Shown here piece after piece: positions 40,813 to 51,399 of a stretch of 64,000 bases of DNA. The notes under the pieces were generated by a model. That model saw only the letters and a program-made list of their open reading frames with translations. It made no database searches and was not told the DNA's origin. The position numbers and the translations under genes were made by a program. The stretch is from positions 1-64,000 of the forward strand of contig CAWCLO010000008.1 in assembly GCA_963796455.1 (NCBI GenBank), in the 5' to 3' direction. Position 1 is the stretch's first letter. Every line of letters begins with the position of its first letter. The DNA comes from Candidatus Sulfomarinibacteraceae bacterium (GTDB lineage Bacteria > Acidobacteriota > Thermoanaerobaculia > Thermoanaerobaculales > Sulfomarinibacteraceae).

Positions 40813-42168
40813 TCAACCGGCCGGTTCGAGCAACCGGGGCAGATCGGAGACGGTGGAGATCGCCACCGACGGGAGGCCGAGCTTGGCGTGGCTGTCGCGC
40901 TCGGGCACCCCGACCCGCTCGAATCCAAGGGCCGCGGCCTCGCGGACCCGGTCGGCCGCGCGGCTCACCGCCCGAACTTCGCCGAGCAGTCCGATTTCAC
41001 CAAAGACCGCCAACCCGCGCGCCAGGGGACGGTCGGCGGCGGAGGACAGGAGCGCGGCCGCTACCGCCAGATCGAGGGCCGGTTCGCGCAGCGAGAGACC
41101 GCCGACGAGATTGACAAAAACATCGCGATCACCAAAGGCAATGCCGGCATGGCGTTCAAGAACGGCCAGGAGCAGCGAAAGGCGGGAGGAATCGAGGCCC
41201 TGGGCGACCCTTCTCGGGGTCCCGAGAGCCGATGGTGCAACCAGCGCCTGGACCTCGACCAGGAGCGGAACCGTCCCCTCGAGGGCCACGGCGACCGCCG
41301 AACCCGGCGCACCGCTGCGGCGGTCCTCGAGCAGCCACGCCGAGGCGTTCTGGACTGCTTCGAGTCCCTTGCCGGTCATCGAATAGAGGGCGAGGTCGGA
41401 AATCGCTCCAAAACGATTCTTTCCCGCCCGAAGCGCGCGCAGGTCATGGCCCGGTTCGCCCTCGAGGGACATCACCACGTCCACCAGGTGTTCGAGCAGT
41501 TTGGGCCCGGCAATCGATCCGTCTTTGGTCACGTGTCCGACCAGAATGACCGGAACGCCCCGTGTCTTGGCCAGGTGCTGGAAACGGGCAGCCACCTGGC
41601 GAACCTGACTCACCGATCCGGCAACGGCCTCGACGCTGTCGAGGACCGCGGTCTGCACCGAGTCGACGATCACCAGGCTCGGCTCGAGGTTGTCCAACTG
41701 GCCGATCACGGTTTCACAGGATGTCTCGGGCAACAGGAGGAGTTGCTCGTGGAGACCGTCGATCCTGGTTGCTCGCAACGCGACCTGTTCCGCAGATTCT
41801 TCTCCCGTGACATAGACGACCAGATTCTTTTCGCGGGCAAGGGCTGCCGCGACCTGCAGCAGCAGGGTCGATTTGCCGATTCCGGGTTCACCCGCAAGCA
41901 GCACCAGGGATCCCGGAACGAGACCGCCGCCGAGGACCCGGTCGAGGCCCTCGAGCCCGGTCGTGATGCGATCGGTCCGGGAGGTCGCGGCCTCGGTCAC
42001 AGGGACCATTTTGGCTCCGCGGGGCGGACTGGCGGCATGTTTTTTCTTTTTCTTCGGGACCGCCCGGTGTTCGGTGTAACTATTCCAATCCCCACAACCC
42101 GGACACTGGCCGAGCCACTTGCCGCTTTCGTGGCCGCACGAGGAACAGAAGAAGATCGTCTCGGCCAC
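40813..42168 (-). CDS. radA: DNA repair protein RadA/Sms
   Basis: C..CG..KW.G.CP.C, GEPGIGKST, KNRFG, GEIGL.GEVR. Confidence 0.97.
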   Translation of the reverse strand: MAETIFFCSSCGHESGKWLGQCPGCGDWNSYTEHRAVPKKKKKHAASPPRGAKMVPVTEAATSRTDRITTGLEGLDRVLGGGLVPGSLVLLAGEPGIGKSTLLLQVAAALAREKNLVVYVTGEESAEQVALRATRIDGLHEQLLLLPETSCETVIGQLDNLEPSLVIVDSVQTAVLDSVEAVAGSVSQVRQVAARFQHLAKTRGVPVILVGHVTKDGSIAGPKLLEHLVDVVMSLEGEPGHDLRALRAGKNRFGAISDLALYSMTGKGLEAVQNASAWLLEDRRSGAPGSAVAVALEGTVPLLVEVQALVAPSALGTPRRVAQGLDSSRLSLLLAVLERHAGIAFGDRDVFVNLVGGLSLREPALDLAVAAALLSSAADRPLARGLAVFGEIGLLGEVRAVSRAADRVREAAALGFERVGVPERDSHAKLGLPSVAISTVSDLPRLLEPAG

Positions 42169-42176
42169 GGTGGAAC

Positions 42177-43661
42177 TCAGTTGAGGGCGCTGCCGGCAAG
42201 ACCGAGGCTGTATTTCACGTCGTCGTCGTTCCAGGTGATACCACCACCGAAGAGGATCGACGATTTTTCGGACACCAGGGGATCGTCCCAGCCCGCGGTC
42301 AGAAAGATATGGGGTGAAACAAAGTATCGCCCTTCGAACTTCAGGTGCGCCGACTCGTCAAACGGCCGGCCGAAATCATAGGCCTCGAGAACGAAGACCA
42401 GAGGTCTCTTGCCGAGCTTGATGGCATGGTCGATCCCGATCCCCCCGGTCGATTCGATGAGACCCGCGCGGACGATGGTCTCGGGGAAGATCTGATAACC
42501 GACCTGAGCGTTGACCCCCATCGCATCGGAGGTTCTGATGCGTTCCTGGAGGTAAGTTTCCTGGGTCCCATCGTCGAAGGTCAAAGTCACCCACTGGGCA
42601 TCGGTTCGGACCTTGCCGTATGGCATGTCGACACCCTCAATACGGAAAAACCTCTTGTTGGTCGTCCACAGATCGAAGCCGAATTCCATTCGGCTTTCGC
42701 TGGTCGAGGCAAGGGACACCGCCCGCAGACCGATCTCCAGGCGGTAATTCTTGTAGCGACCGATGGATTCGTTGAGCGTGCCGATGCCGCCTTCGATCGA
42801 GTCGAGGGTTTCGTTGAGGTTGTTGACGGTGGTCTCGTCGTTGACCAGCTTGCCGATCGATCCTTCACCGGAAGCGATCTTGTTGGTAATCGCGTTGAGG
42901 TTTTCGGCCGAGACCTGCAGGTTTTCCGACAGTTCCCGGATATTGCCGATCGAGGCCTGGAGATCCTGGCGATTCTCAACCACCACCTCGTTGAGTTCGT
43001 CCGTCAGTCGGTTCATGTTGTCGGCGATTCGCGGCAACTCATCGCGCAGGGTGGCGGAAAAGTCCCGGAAATTGGCCGTCGTTTGATTGACGTTGGCCTG
43101 ATTCTCGGCGATCAGCACCGTGAGCGATGCCGTGAGCTCACGGATGTTGGCGACGATCTCGGCGAGCGCCTCTTCGCCCTGGGTCCCGCCGATGGAGCCG
43201 CGGAGGGCCTCGGTCACCTCCTTGACGTCAGCGCCGATCTCGGTTGCGACCCGCATGACGTCATCGAATGAAGGCGCGGTGGCCCCCCCGAGTTCTGAGC
43301 CGTTCGGCAGGAGCGGTAGCGTCGGATCGCCGGGCAGGATCTCAATGTACTTGTCGCCGAGCATCCCGAGGCTGGTCACCTGGGCGGTGGCCCCCTGGTG
43401 GAGGCGGACCGAGGAATCGAGGGACAAGGTCAGAAGCGCCTCGGAACCATCGAGGCCGATCGATTCCACCTTGCCGATCCGAACGCCGGCAACCCGGACC
43501 GCCGCCTTGCGGTCGAGCCCGGCCGCCGATGCGAAACGGGCGGTCACGATCATGCGATCGCCGCGGTCGCCAACCGGGATGTCCTCGATCTTGATGATAA
43601 AAATACCGAGAATGATCATCCCCATGAGCATGAAGACGCCGATTCGTGCGGCCGGGGTCAT
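42177..43661 (-). CDS. mlaD: MCE/MlaD family protein with long helical and beta-rich C-terminus
   Basis: F..AAGL..AAVRVAGV.IGKV, GMLGDKYIEI.PG. Confidence 0.88.
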   Translation of the reverse strand: MTPAARIGVFMLMGMIILGIFIIKIEDIPVGDRGDRMIVTARFASAAGLDRKAAVRVAGVRIGKVESIGLDGSEALLTLSLDSSVRLHQGATAQVTSLGMLGDKYIEILPGDPTLPLLPNGSELGGATAPSFDDVMRVATEIGADVKEVTEALRGSIGGTQGEEALAEIVANIRELTASLTVLIAENQANVNQTTANFRDFSATLRDELPRIADNMNRLTDELNEVVVENRQDLQASIGNIRELSENLQVSAENLNAITNKIASGEGSIGKLVNDETTVNNLNETLDSIEGGIGTLNESIGRYKNYRLEIGLRAVSLASTSESRMEFGFDLWTTNKRFFRIEGVDMPYGKVRTDAQWVTLTFDDGTQETYLQERIRTSDAMGVNAQVGYQIFPETIVRAGLIESTGGIGIDHAIKLGKRPLVFVLEAYDFGRPFDESAHLKFEGRYFVSPHIFLTAGWDDPLVSEKSSILFGGGITWNDDDVKYSLGLAGSALN

Positions 43662-44449
43662 GGCTGATCCTCCAGTTCTTCGGGCAGCTCGCCTTCGAGA
43701 AAACCGCGAATGAAGCGTTCATTCGATTGGGCAAATTGATCCGGGGTGTCGACGGCGAGGATCTGACCGCGGCGCATCATGGCGATGCGGTCACCGATAC
43801 GGTCGGCGAGACTCATGTCGTGAGTGATGGTCACCACCGTCACACGGAGCTCTTCGCGGAGTTGATTGATGACACGGCCGATTGCTGCGGTGTTGATCGG
43901 GTCGAGCCCGGTGGTCGGCTCATCAAATAGAAGGATTTCGGGCTCCAATGCGATGGCACGGGCGAAGCCTACCCGGCGCCGCATGCCTCCCGACAACGAG
44001 GCCGGCAATTTGTCTTCGATTCCCTTGAGGCGAACCAGTTCGAGGCACTCGCGCACCCTGCGCGCGACCTCTGCCGGCGATTTCGTCGTGTGGCGCCGGA
44101 TCGGAAACGCGATATTGTCGAAGACCGTCATCGAATCGAAAAGGGCGCCCTCCTGAAAACTCATCCCGAATTTTTTTCGTAGATTCAGCACGATCTCGGA
44201 GGAGGCGATGGTGAGATCGACCCCGTCGACAACGACGTGGCCTTCGTCGGGTTGCAGGAGCCCGATGATATGTTTGATCAAGACCGATTTGCCGGCTCCG
44301 GAGCCGCCCACGATGACCATCGACTCGCCGCGGCTGATTTCGAGGTTGACGCCCGAAAGGACCTTTTTTTCGCCAAAGCTCTTGTACAGACCGATCACGC
44401 TGATCATCGGGTCCGCGATGAGCTGGGGAGCGGCGTTGGCGGAATTCAT
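43658..44449 (-). CDS. mlaF: MlaF/Mkl ABC ATPase
   Basis: GGSGAGKS, FQEGALFDSM, LSGGMRRRV, DEPTTGLDP. Confidence 0.93.
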   Translation of the reverse strand: MNSANAAPQLIADPMISVIGLYKSFGEKKVLSGVNLEISRGESMVIVGGSGAGKSVLIKHIIGLLQPDEGHVVVDGVDLTIASSEIVLNLRKKFGMSFQEGALFDSMTVFDNIAFPIRRHTTKSPAEVARRVRECLELVRLKGIEDKLPASLSGGMRRRVGFARAIALEPEILLFDEPTTGLDPINTAAIGRVINQLREELRVTVVTITHDMSLADRIGDRIAMMRRGQILAVDTPDQFAQSNERFIRGFLEGELPEELEDQP

Positions 44450-45216
44450 CAGAAGAGGACCTTTGTCAGAAAAAAGTCGGACAACAGGATGTACAGGCTC
44501 GCCGTGACAACCGCCGAGGTGGTGGATCGTCCGACACCCTCCGCACCACCGGCGGTATAAAAGCCCTTGGTACATCCAGTGACGGAGAGGATGAGTCCGA
44601 AGAACGCGGCCTTGATGAGCCCTGAGGTCACGTCGTCGACCTCGAGGAATTGGAAGGTGCGCTCCATATAAAGATAAGAATTGGCGCCGAAGAGACCCAC
44701 AGAAACCAACCACCCGCCGATAATTCCGACGGCTCCGCCCATCACCGTAAGGACCGGCAACATCAGGACCGAGGCGTTGACACGAGGAACCACCAGAAAG
44801 TGGATCGGATCGGTTGCCATAGCGTAAAGCGCATCGATCTGTTCGGTGACGCGCATGGTGCCAAGCTCGGCGGCCATGGCCGACCCGGCGCGGCCGGCCA
44901 CCATCAGACCGGTCAGTACCGGTGCCAGTTCCCGGGTCAGCGACAATGCCACGACCGAGCCGACAAATCCTTCGGCGTGAAAACGCTCGAAACCGCGGAA
45001 GGTCTGCAGCGCGAGCACCATCCCGGTGAAAAAACAGGTGAGAAAGACCACCGGGATCGAATCCCACCCGACCCGTACCATTTGACGCAACAACTCGGTG
45101 CTGTCGAACGGCCGGCGGAAGGTCCAGAGGACAGACTGGGACATGATGTAGAAAAAACGGCCGAGCTCTTCGAAGGCGCCAAGCACGGCGTTGCCCAGGC
45201 TATCGAACCACCCCAT
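44449..45216 (-). CDS. mlaE: MlaE permease
   Basis: RELAPVLTG..AGRAGSA.AAELGTM.VTEQIDAL, GGAEGVG. Confidence 0.95.
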   Translation of the reverse strand: MGWFDSLGNAVLGAFEELGRFFYIMSQSVLWTFRRPFDSTELLRQMVRVGWDSIPVVFLTCFFTGMVLALQTFRGFERFHAEGFVGSVVALSLTRELAPVLTGLMVAGRAGSAMAAELGTMRVTEQIDALYAMATDPIHFLVVPRVNASVLMLPVLTVMGGAVGIIGGWLVSVGLFGANSYLYMERTFQFLEVDDVTSGLIKAAFFGLILSVTGCTKGFYTAGGAEGVGRSTTSAVVTASLYILLSDFFLTKVLF

Positions 45217-45242
45217 AACGCCCGCGGTGCGAGCGGTCCCCT

Positions 45243-46631
45243 CTACCACGGTGCGTCGCCATCCTGGTGGCTGAAATCAGCATTTTCGAAGCGCGTGAAC
45301 TCGTGCTGAAAGACCAGATCGATTTCGCCGATCGGGCCGTTGCGCTGCTTGGCGATCATCAGTTCCGCACGGCGCGGATCTTCGGCTTCCCGGTCATAAA
45401 CGGAGGGTCGGACGATGAACATGACCACATCGGCGTCCTGCTCGATGGATCCGCTCTCGCGGAGATCGGAGAGCTGCGGACGATGGTCGCCGCCGCGGCG
45501 TTCCGGTTGGCGGGACAGCTGCGACAACACGAGCATCGGCACATCGAGTTCTTTTGCGACCGCTTTCAAACTCCGTGAAATTGCGGAGACCTCTTCGTTG
45601 CGGCTCGAGAATCGCGCCCCGCCGGACATCAACTGCATGTAGTCGACCATGATCAGGTCGAGGCCCTGCTCCTGTTTGAGACGGCGGGACTTGGCCGAAA
45701 GCTCGAGCGCCGTGATGCCCGGTGTGTCGTCGATCCAGAGGTGGACCTCGCGAAGGGCCTGCGCCGCCATCTCGAGCTTGGGCCAATCGGACTTGGCAAG
45801 ATAGCCCCCCGAAATTCGTTTCTGGTCGACCCGGGCCTCGGCCGAAAGAAGACGCCGTACCAGTTGTTCGGCGGCCATTTCGAGGGAAAAAACGGCGACT
45901 TTCTTGCCGCCCCGCAGTGCCGCGTGGGCGCAGATATTGATTCCCAGGGAGGTCTTGCCCATCGACGGCCGAGCGGCCAGGATGACCAGATCCTTGCGTT
46001 GGAGACCGGATGTCAGTTCATTCAGACGGATAAAGCCGGTATCGAGTCCGGTCAAAGTGGATCGCGTCTCGCGGGCAGCCTCGATGTTCTCGAGTTCTGA
46101 GTCGGTGAGCTTTTTGATCGGCACCAGACCGCCCGCAAGGGTGTCCTCGGCGATCTGATAGACGTCTTTCTGGGCCGATTCAACGGCCTCCCGGGCCTCG
46201 CCGTGATCGAGCGAACAGGTCGAGAGGATCTTCTGAGCAGCACTCATCAGACGACGTTTGACGGACTTGTCGTGAACGATCTCCGCGTAGTGGATGACAT
46301 TTGCGACATCGGGCAGCGCATCCACCAGGGAAGAGAGATACGAGGCACCGCCGACCTGCTCCAGACGACCCTGCTCGGAGAGGTGGTTGCGAACGGTGAC
46401 CAGATCGGCCGCATCGGCCTTTTCGTGCAGCTCCAGGCATGTCTGGTAGATCAATCGGTGGCTTTCGAGATAAAACTCGTCCTGGCGGAGTTTCTCGATG
46501 ATGTGGAGCATGGCTCCCGGATCGAGGAGCACGGCGCCGAGAACGGCGCGTTCGGCTTCCGGGTCGTGCGGCATCCGATCGGCGGTGGAGCCGGGGCCAC
46601 TGATGACATTGCCTGGGCTTCTGCTGCTCAT
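45243..46631 (-). CDS. dnaB: Replicative DNA helicase
   Basis: EAERAVLG, AARPSMGKT, SLEM, DYMQL, LSQLSR, LRESGSIEQDAD, KQRNGP. Confidence 0.98.
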   Translation of the reverse strand: MSSRSPGNVISGPGSTADRMPHDPEAERAVLGAVLLDPGAMLHIIEKLRQDEFYLESHRLIYQTCLELHEKADAADLVTVRNHLSEQGRLEQVGGASYLSSLVDALPDVANVIHYAEIVHDKSVKRRLMSAAQKILSTCSLDHGEAREAVESAQKDVYQIAEDTLAGGLVPIKKLTDSELENIEAARETRSTLTGLDTGFIRLNELTSGLQRKDLVILAARPSMGKTSLGINICAHAALRGGKKVAVFSLEMAAEQLVRRLLSAEARVDQKRISGGYLAKSDWPKLEMAAQALREVHLWIDDTPGITALELSAKSRRLKQEQGLDLIMVDYMQLMSGGARFSSRNEEVSAISRSLKAVAKELDVPMLVLSQLSRQPERRGGDHRPQLSDLRESGSIEQDADVVMFIVRPSVYDREAEDPRRAELMIAKQRNGPIGEIDLVFQHEFTRFENADFSHQDGDAPW

Positions 46632-46704
46632 GGGTCTCTCATCCTACCTCAAAACGGCTTCAGAATCTCGCAATCTACCGAGACCGTTTCTGACCAAATA
46701 CCAA

Positions 46705-46865
46705 GGGGCGGAGGGCAGGGGGGCGGAGGGGAAAGGGGGAAGGGGAGAAAAGGGGAAAGGGAGACCGTCCAGTCTCTCGATACTCGATGCTGGATTCCGA
46801 ACCAGGACGGCGGAGGCGCATGGGGGCGGAGCGGCAGAAGAGAAATGGGGAAACGGAGAAAGGGT
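46705..46865. repeat. Purine-rich octamer tracts and GATACTC/GATGCTG heptamers
   Basis: GGGGAAAGGGGGAAGGGGAGAAAAGGGGAAAGGG; CTCGATACTCGATGCTGGAT. Confidence 0.65.
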
Positions 46866-46889
46866 GGAACCACCCGCCACCGACTACCC

Positions 46890-47047
46890 ACTCATGCGAG
46901 TGTCGCCTCCCGATGTCATCCTGAGCGGAGCCCGCCCTGGGGCGTAGTCGAAGGATCTATGAGACGGACCGCAAAAACCTCGAACCGCAGATCCTTCGAC
47001 TTCGCGCCGAAGGCGCTTCGCTCAGGATGACATATTGAACGACAGTT
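46890..47047 (-). repeat. Palindromic repeat element (GTCATCCTGAGCG..AGGATC type), copy A
   Basis: ATGTCATCCTGAGCG...CGCTCAGGATGACAT (46913-47033); reverse complement of 52382-52539. Confidence 0.9.
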
Positions 47048-47139
47048 CCGATCCCGATCCCGTTCAGGAGAAGGGAAGAAGGGGAGTGCGGGAGGCCGAG
47101 GTTGATTGAAGGGTCGGAATCCAGTATTCGTGTTTCCGC

Positions 47140-48216
47140 TCACCCTTCTTTTTGCAGCTCCCGGAAAACCTCGATCACCTCGTCGGTATCAACCCTTTGA
47201 TCGAGGATCACGCCATCGTCGGTGGGGAGGACCCACCGAACTCCATGGTCGTCCTTCTTTTTGTCGTATCCGATGAGGGCGCGAATCGAATCGGCGTCGA
47301 TAGCCGAGATCTCGGGCAGGTCGCCGAGCGTATCGATGGCGGCCGACAGGCGTGCTTCTGCCGCGACGCTCAAAACCGAGTGGCGGCGGCCGAGGCGGGC
47401 GGCCGCCTTGAGGCCCCACGCCACCGCTTCTCCGTGCAGAAGGTGGTGATACCCGGTGGCCGCCTCGAGAGCGTGAGCCAGGGTGTGGCCGAGATTCAGG
47501 GCCGCGCGCTGGCCCCCCTCCCTCTCGTCCGCGCTCACGACTCGAGCTTTGACCGCCAGACAGCGCATCACGAGGTCTTGCCATGTTTCGGGGGGCAGCG
47601 ATTCATAGCCGGCCAACCCTCGGTCTTCGAATATGTCGAGAAGTTGGTGGTCGCCGATCCAGGCCGTCTTCACCATTTCGGCGGCACCAGCCCGGAGCTC
47701 GCGGGGGGGAAGCGTGGACAGCGTGGCGACATCGATGACCACAAGACGCGGCGGCCAGAAGGCGCCGACCAGGTTCTTTCCCTGGTCCAGGTTGACACCG
47801 GTCTTGCCACCAACCGCGGCGTCCACCATTGCCAACAAGGTGGTGGGAACAGCCGTCCATTCGATACCCCGTAGAAAGACCGCGGCGGCAAAGCCGACAG
47901 TGTCGGTGAGCACGCCACCGCCAAGGGCGATGACCGAATCACCACGATGAACACCCTTCGAGAGCCAAAGACCGAGGAGCTCCTCGATGGCGCTCCACCG
48001 CTTGTGCTCCTCGCCGTCCATGAGTTCGATCAAGGGCACGCCGACATCGAGTGACGCGGCCTTTGCCCACAGAGGGCCGACAGTTGTGTTGCTCACCAAC
48101 GAACAGGGTCGGGTGGGAAAAACACCATCCAGAAATTCACCAAGGCGTTTCAGCGCACCGAATTCGGCAAGGATTTCGTATGGGCCGCGTTCGCTCTCGA
48201 CGCTCAGTCTTTGCAT
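47140..48216 (-). CDS. aroB: 3-dehydroquinate synthase
   Basis: GE..K, GGGV..D..GFAA, PTTLLAMVDA.VGGKTGVN, KNLVGAF, LNLGHT.AHALE, HGEAV. Confidence 0.96.
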   Translation of the reverse strand: MQRLSVESERGPYEILAEFGALKRLGEFLDGVFPTRPCSLVSNTTVGPLWAKAASLDVGVPLIELMDGEEHKRWSAIEELLGLWLSKGVHRGDSVIALGGGVLTDTVGFAAAVFLRGIEWTAVPTTLLAMVDAAVGGKTGVNLDQGKNLVGAFWPPRLVVIDVATLSTLPPRELRAGAAEMVKTAWIGDHQLLDIFEDRGLAGYESLPPETWQDLVMRCLAVKARVVSADEREGGQRAALNLGHTLAHALEAATGYHHLLHGEAVAWGLKAAARLGRRHSVLSVAAEARLSAAIDTLGDLPEISAIDADSIRALIGYDKKKDDHGVRWVLPTDDGVILDQRVDTDEVIEVFRELQKEG

Positions 48217-48259
48217 CGGTCTATCCTACCCCGGAACAATGGAGTGCCCGATACTCTCG

Positions 48260-48322
48260 TCGCTATCGCTATCGCTATCGCTATCGCTATCGCTATCGCT
48301 ATCGCTATCGCTATCGCTATCG
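48260..48322. repeat. Hexamer tandem repeat (TCGCTA)x10
   Basis: Directly visible. Confidence 0.97.
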
Positions 48323-48350
48323 AGAGCAACCCAGGATTCCCGCAGAGCCC

Positions 48351-50057
48351 TCAGTTTCCCGGGCTCATTCCCGCGACGGTGTCCGACACCGGCAGTTCCA
48401 ACTCGGCGGCCATGTCGCGGCCGATCCTCCAGTTGCCGTCCACCGCCGGTTCCCAGGGTCGGTGTGCTTCGAGGTACTCGGCGATGAGATCGGCCATCTC
48501 ATCCGATGAGCGCCACACGACTTCGGCCTCATCGAGATGGGGAAAGAGCCCTCCGCCCGCGCTGCGATAGGAGTTGCAGGCGACGACAAACTCCTGCTCG
48601 GGATCGATCGCCAGCCCCTCAAATCGAAGATCACGGATCCGCGATCCCTCCGGTTGCGAGGGGTCGATGCGATAAGAGACGCCGGCCATGTTGTCCACGT
48701 TGTAGTGGGGGATGGCAGGGTCTGTGAGGATCGTGCAGCCGCCCTCGGGGGGGCAGCGAATACCGTCGTAGAAGCGGGCCGTGTGCTCGAGTACATCGTG
48801 GATCTTTGCGCCGGTCAGCTTCACCGCCACCAGGGTGTTGGGATAAACATAAAATGCCTGGATCCAACGCCAGCTGACGGGCCCCGCCGCCAGCTCGGGA
48901 ACCCTGGTACTGAGCAACGCGGCCAGCGAAAGCTCCGCGCCCGTCGCATCCATTTGGACCTCGTGCAGAAGGTCGATGGCGGCGCAGTCTTCGAGACGGC
49001 AGCGATCGACCGAAACCGGACTCGTGACTTCGCCTGTTGGACCGTCGAGGGTCGTGGCGAGGCGTTGGTGGGTGAGGGTGAATTGGCGCGTCATCTCCTG
49101 GTCCGGCTCGGCTTCGCTGGAGGCCAGGTTTTCGCCGGTCCATTCCTGGATCTCCCATCCCTCGTCGCCCTTCACGAGCTTCATATCGATCCGTGTCACG
49201 AATTGGGCTCGTGCTCGCGGTTGCGACACGATGGTTCCGTTGAGGTCTCGTGGCGGGATATTGCGGTGGGCGTGACCGGTCAGGAGAACATCGACTCCGG
49301 GCATTTCGCTGAGGCGCCAGCCGAAGTCCTCGTGTTGGGTACCGGTCGCTTCCCCGGTCTCGAGGTCACGTTCGAATCCGGTGTGGGCGATCACGATGAC
49401 GAGGTCGCACTTCTCTCTGTTGCGCAGGATCGGCACCCAGTGCCGGGCAGCCACATCCATCGGCTGAAATTCGAGACCGGCGTAGTTCTCTGCCTTTTCC
49501 CAACCCGGAACGTTCGATGTGGTCAGACCGAGCACGCCAATCCTCAGGGGGCCTTCCTCGAAGACCACGTAGGGGCGAAAAGCAGGTTGACCGGTTGCCC
49601 TCGTGATCGTATTGGCCGAGAGGAAGGGAAAATCAGCCAGATCCCGGGCGCGTTCGAGCACTTCGAGACCATAGTTGAATTCGTGGTTGCCGACCGCCAT
49701 CGCCTGGTAGCCGATGCGATTCATGGCGCTGATGGTCGGGCTCGGCTCTCCCCAACGCACGTGGGCGAACTGTTCGAGCGGCGAACCCTGAATAGTGTCC
49801 CCGGAATCGAGAAGCACCACCGGATGGTCGGTTGCGCCCCGGATCTCCTTGACGATGGTGGCCACCTGGGCAAGGGATCCGCGGGTAGACGGCTGGTTGG
49901 CGTAGTCGTCAAAGGGCATGACCGAACCGTGCAGATCCGAGGTGTGGAGCACGGTGAGGTTGGCGGTGGCGGGTTCTTCGGCCCCGATCGCCGAAGGGAT
50001 GAGGATCAGGGCGACAACCACGACTCCGGGCACAAGCGAAATTCTGGGGTGTTTCAT
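48351..50057 (-). CDS. Secreted 5'-nucleotidase / 2',3'-cyclic-nucleotide phosphodiesterase family protein
   Basis: Signal peptide; TSDLHG, DSGD..QG, GNHEFNYG, HTG, GHAH; YVYPNT, NSYR..GGG. Confidence 0.92.
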   Translation of the reverse strand: MKHPRISLVPGVVVVALILIPSAIGAEEPATANLTVLHTSDLHGSVMPFDDYANQPSTRGSLAQVATIVKEIRGATDHPVVLLDSGDTIQGSPLEQFAHVRWGEPSPTISAMNRIGYQAMAVGNHEFNYGLEVLERARDLADFPFLSANTITRATGQPAFRPYVVFEEGPLRIGVLGLTTSNVPGWEKAENYAGLEFQPMDVAARHWVPILRNREKCDLVIVIAHTGFERDLETGEATGTQHEDFGWRLSEMPGVDVLLTGHAHRNIPPRDLNGTIVSQPRARAQFVTRIDMKLVKGDEGWEIQEWTGENLASSEAEPDQEMTRQFTLTHQRLATTLDGPTGEVTSPVSVDRCRLEDCAAIDLLHEVQMDATGAELSLAALLSTRVPELAAGPVSWRWIQAFYVYPNTLVAVKLTGAKIHDVLEHTARFYDGIRCPPEGGCTILTDPAIPHYNVDNMAGVSYRIDPSQPEGSRIRDLRFEGLAIDPEQEFVVACNSYRSAGGGLFPHLDEAEVVWRSSDEMADLIAEYLEAHRPWEPAVDGNWRIGRDMAAELELPVSDTVAGMSPGN

Positions 50058-50193
50058 CAGGCGGCGATCTTATCAAGGACCAGCGACGCCTGTGCTCGAC
50101 CCGTCTTGGAATCCCGTCTCATTCCGCGTATCCTCGTTTGATGACTGCATCCGATCTTCAAGTCGACAGATACCGGTGCCTCGAGGGGGCCTT

Positions 50194-51385
50194 ATGAGAC
50201 GATTGCGTCTGCTCACCGGCGGAGAAAGCCACGGCCCCGGTCTGACCGCCATCCTCGAAGGATTGCCGGCCGGTCTCGAGGTCGATCGACAGCAGATCGA
50301 CGACTGGCTTCGTCGTCGCCAGCATGGATTCGGCCGCGGCGGCCGGCAACGTATCGAAAAGGACGAGGTCGAGGTCAGCGGCGGTCTCCGCGACGGCCGG
50401 ACTCTGGGCTCGCCGCTGGTTCTCGGGGTGCGCAACCTCGACTGGAAGAACTGGTCGGCAACCATGGATCCCTGGCAGGTGGATGCCGAGCAGGCCGCCA
50501 AGAGAGCGGTGACGCGGCCGCGTCCGGGCCATGCCGACTACTCCGGAGGTGCGGCCACCGATCAACTGGCGGACATGCGCAACGTGCTCGAGAGATCCTC
50601 CGCCCGAGAAACCGCGGCGCGGGTGGCGGCCGGCGCGGTCTGCGCCCAATTGCTGGCGCGCTACGGTGTTCGCATGCGCTCCGCGGTGCTGCGGGTCGGG
50701 CCGCACGAGGTTTCGGCCGGCCCACCCTCGTGGGAAGATCTCGCGGGTGTGCGCCACGACTCACCCCTGGTCACGCCGCGCCCGAATGACGAAGAGCAGT
50801 TGGTCGAGGCGGTTCGTCAGGCGAGGACCGATGGCGAAACCATGGGTGGTGTGGTGCGGTGCCGTCGTTCGCGGTCTGCCTCCCGGGCTCGGTTCCTATA
50901 TGCACTGGGACCGAAAACTCGATGGCCGAATCGTCCAGGCACTGGTCTCGATCCCATCGGTCAAGGCCGCATCCATTGGTGCCGGTATGGAAGTGGCGGC
51001 GGTGCACGGATCGGAGGCCCACGACGCCATCGTGCTCGATGACGGGCAGCTGAGCCGTACCACCAACCGGGCCGGCGGGCTCGAGGGTGGTGTGACCGAG
51101 GGTGTGGATCTGGTGGCGAGGGCCTTTTTCAAACCCATTTCGACCCTTCGCAAGGGGCTGCCGTCGGTTGATCTCGCAACCGGCAAACCGGGAGTCACCG
51201 AGTGGGAACGGTCGGATGTCACGGCCATCGGTGCGGCACCGGTGATCGTGGAGGCGATGCTGGCGCTGGTGCTTGGCGACGCACTGCTCGAAAAACTCGG
51301 CGGTGATGCGATCGTCGACACCGACCGCGCATGGTCGGCTCTCACCGAACGTCTCGCACCCTGGTGGCGTCCGGACAACACCTAG
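50194..51385 (+). pseudogene. aroC: Chorismate synthase with a +1 frameshift near 50855 (real or sequence error)
   Basis: TGGESHG, RPGHAD, ERSSARETA in the first frame; GLGS..DRKLD, NRAGGLEGG, KPISTL, ERSD in the second. Confidence 0.85.
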
Positions 51386-51399
51386 GTTCGGAGGCGATC

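Noticed and set aside
40888..42381. Long plus-strand ORF (also 937-2181, 2925-4442, 32790-33923, 48537-50141)
   Set aside because: Antisense or alternate-frame shadows of well-supported genes in high-GC DNA, with no recognisable motifs
48051..48570. ORFs with RYRYRY or IAIAIA runs
   Set aside because: Translations of the (TCGCTA)10 repeat overlapping real genes
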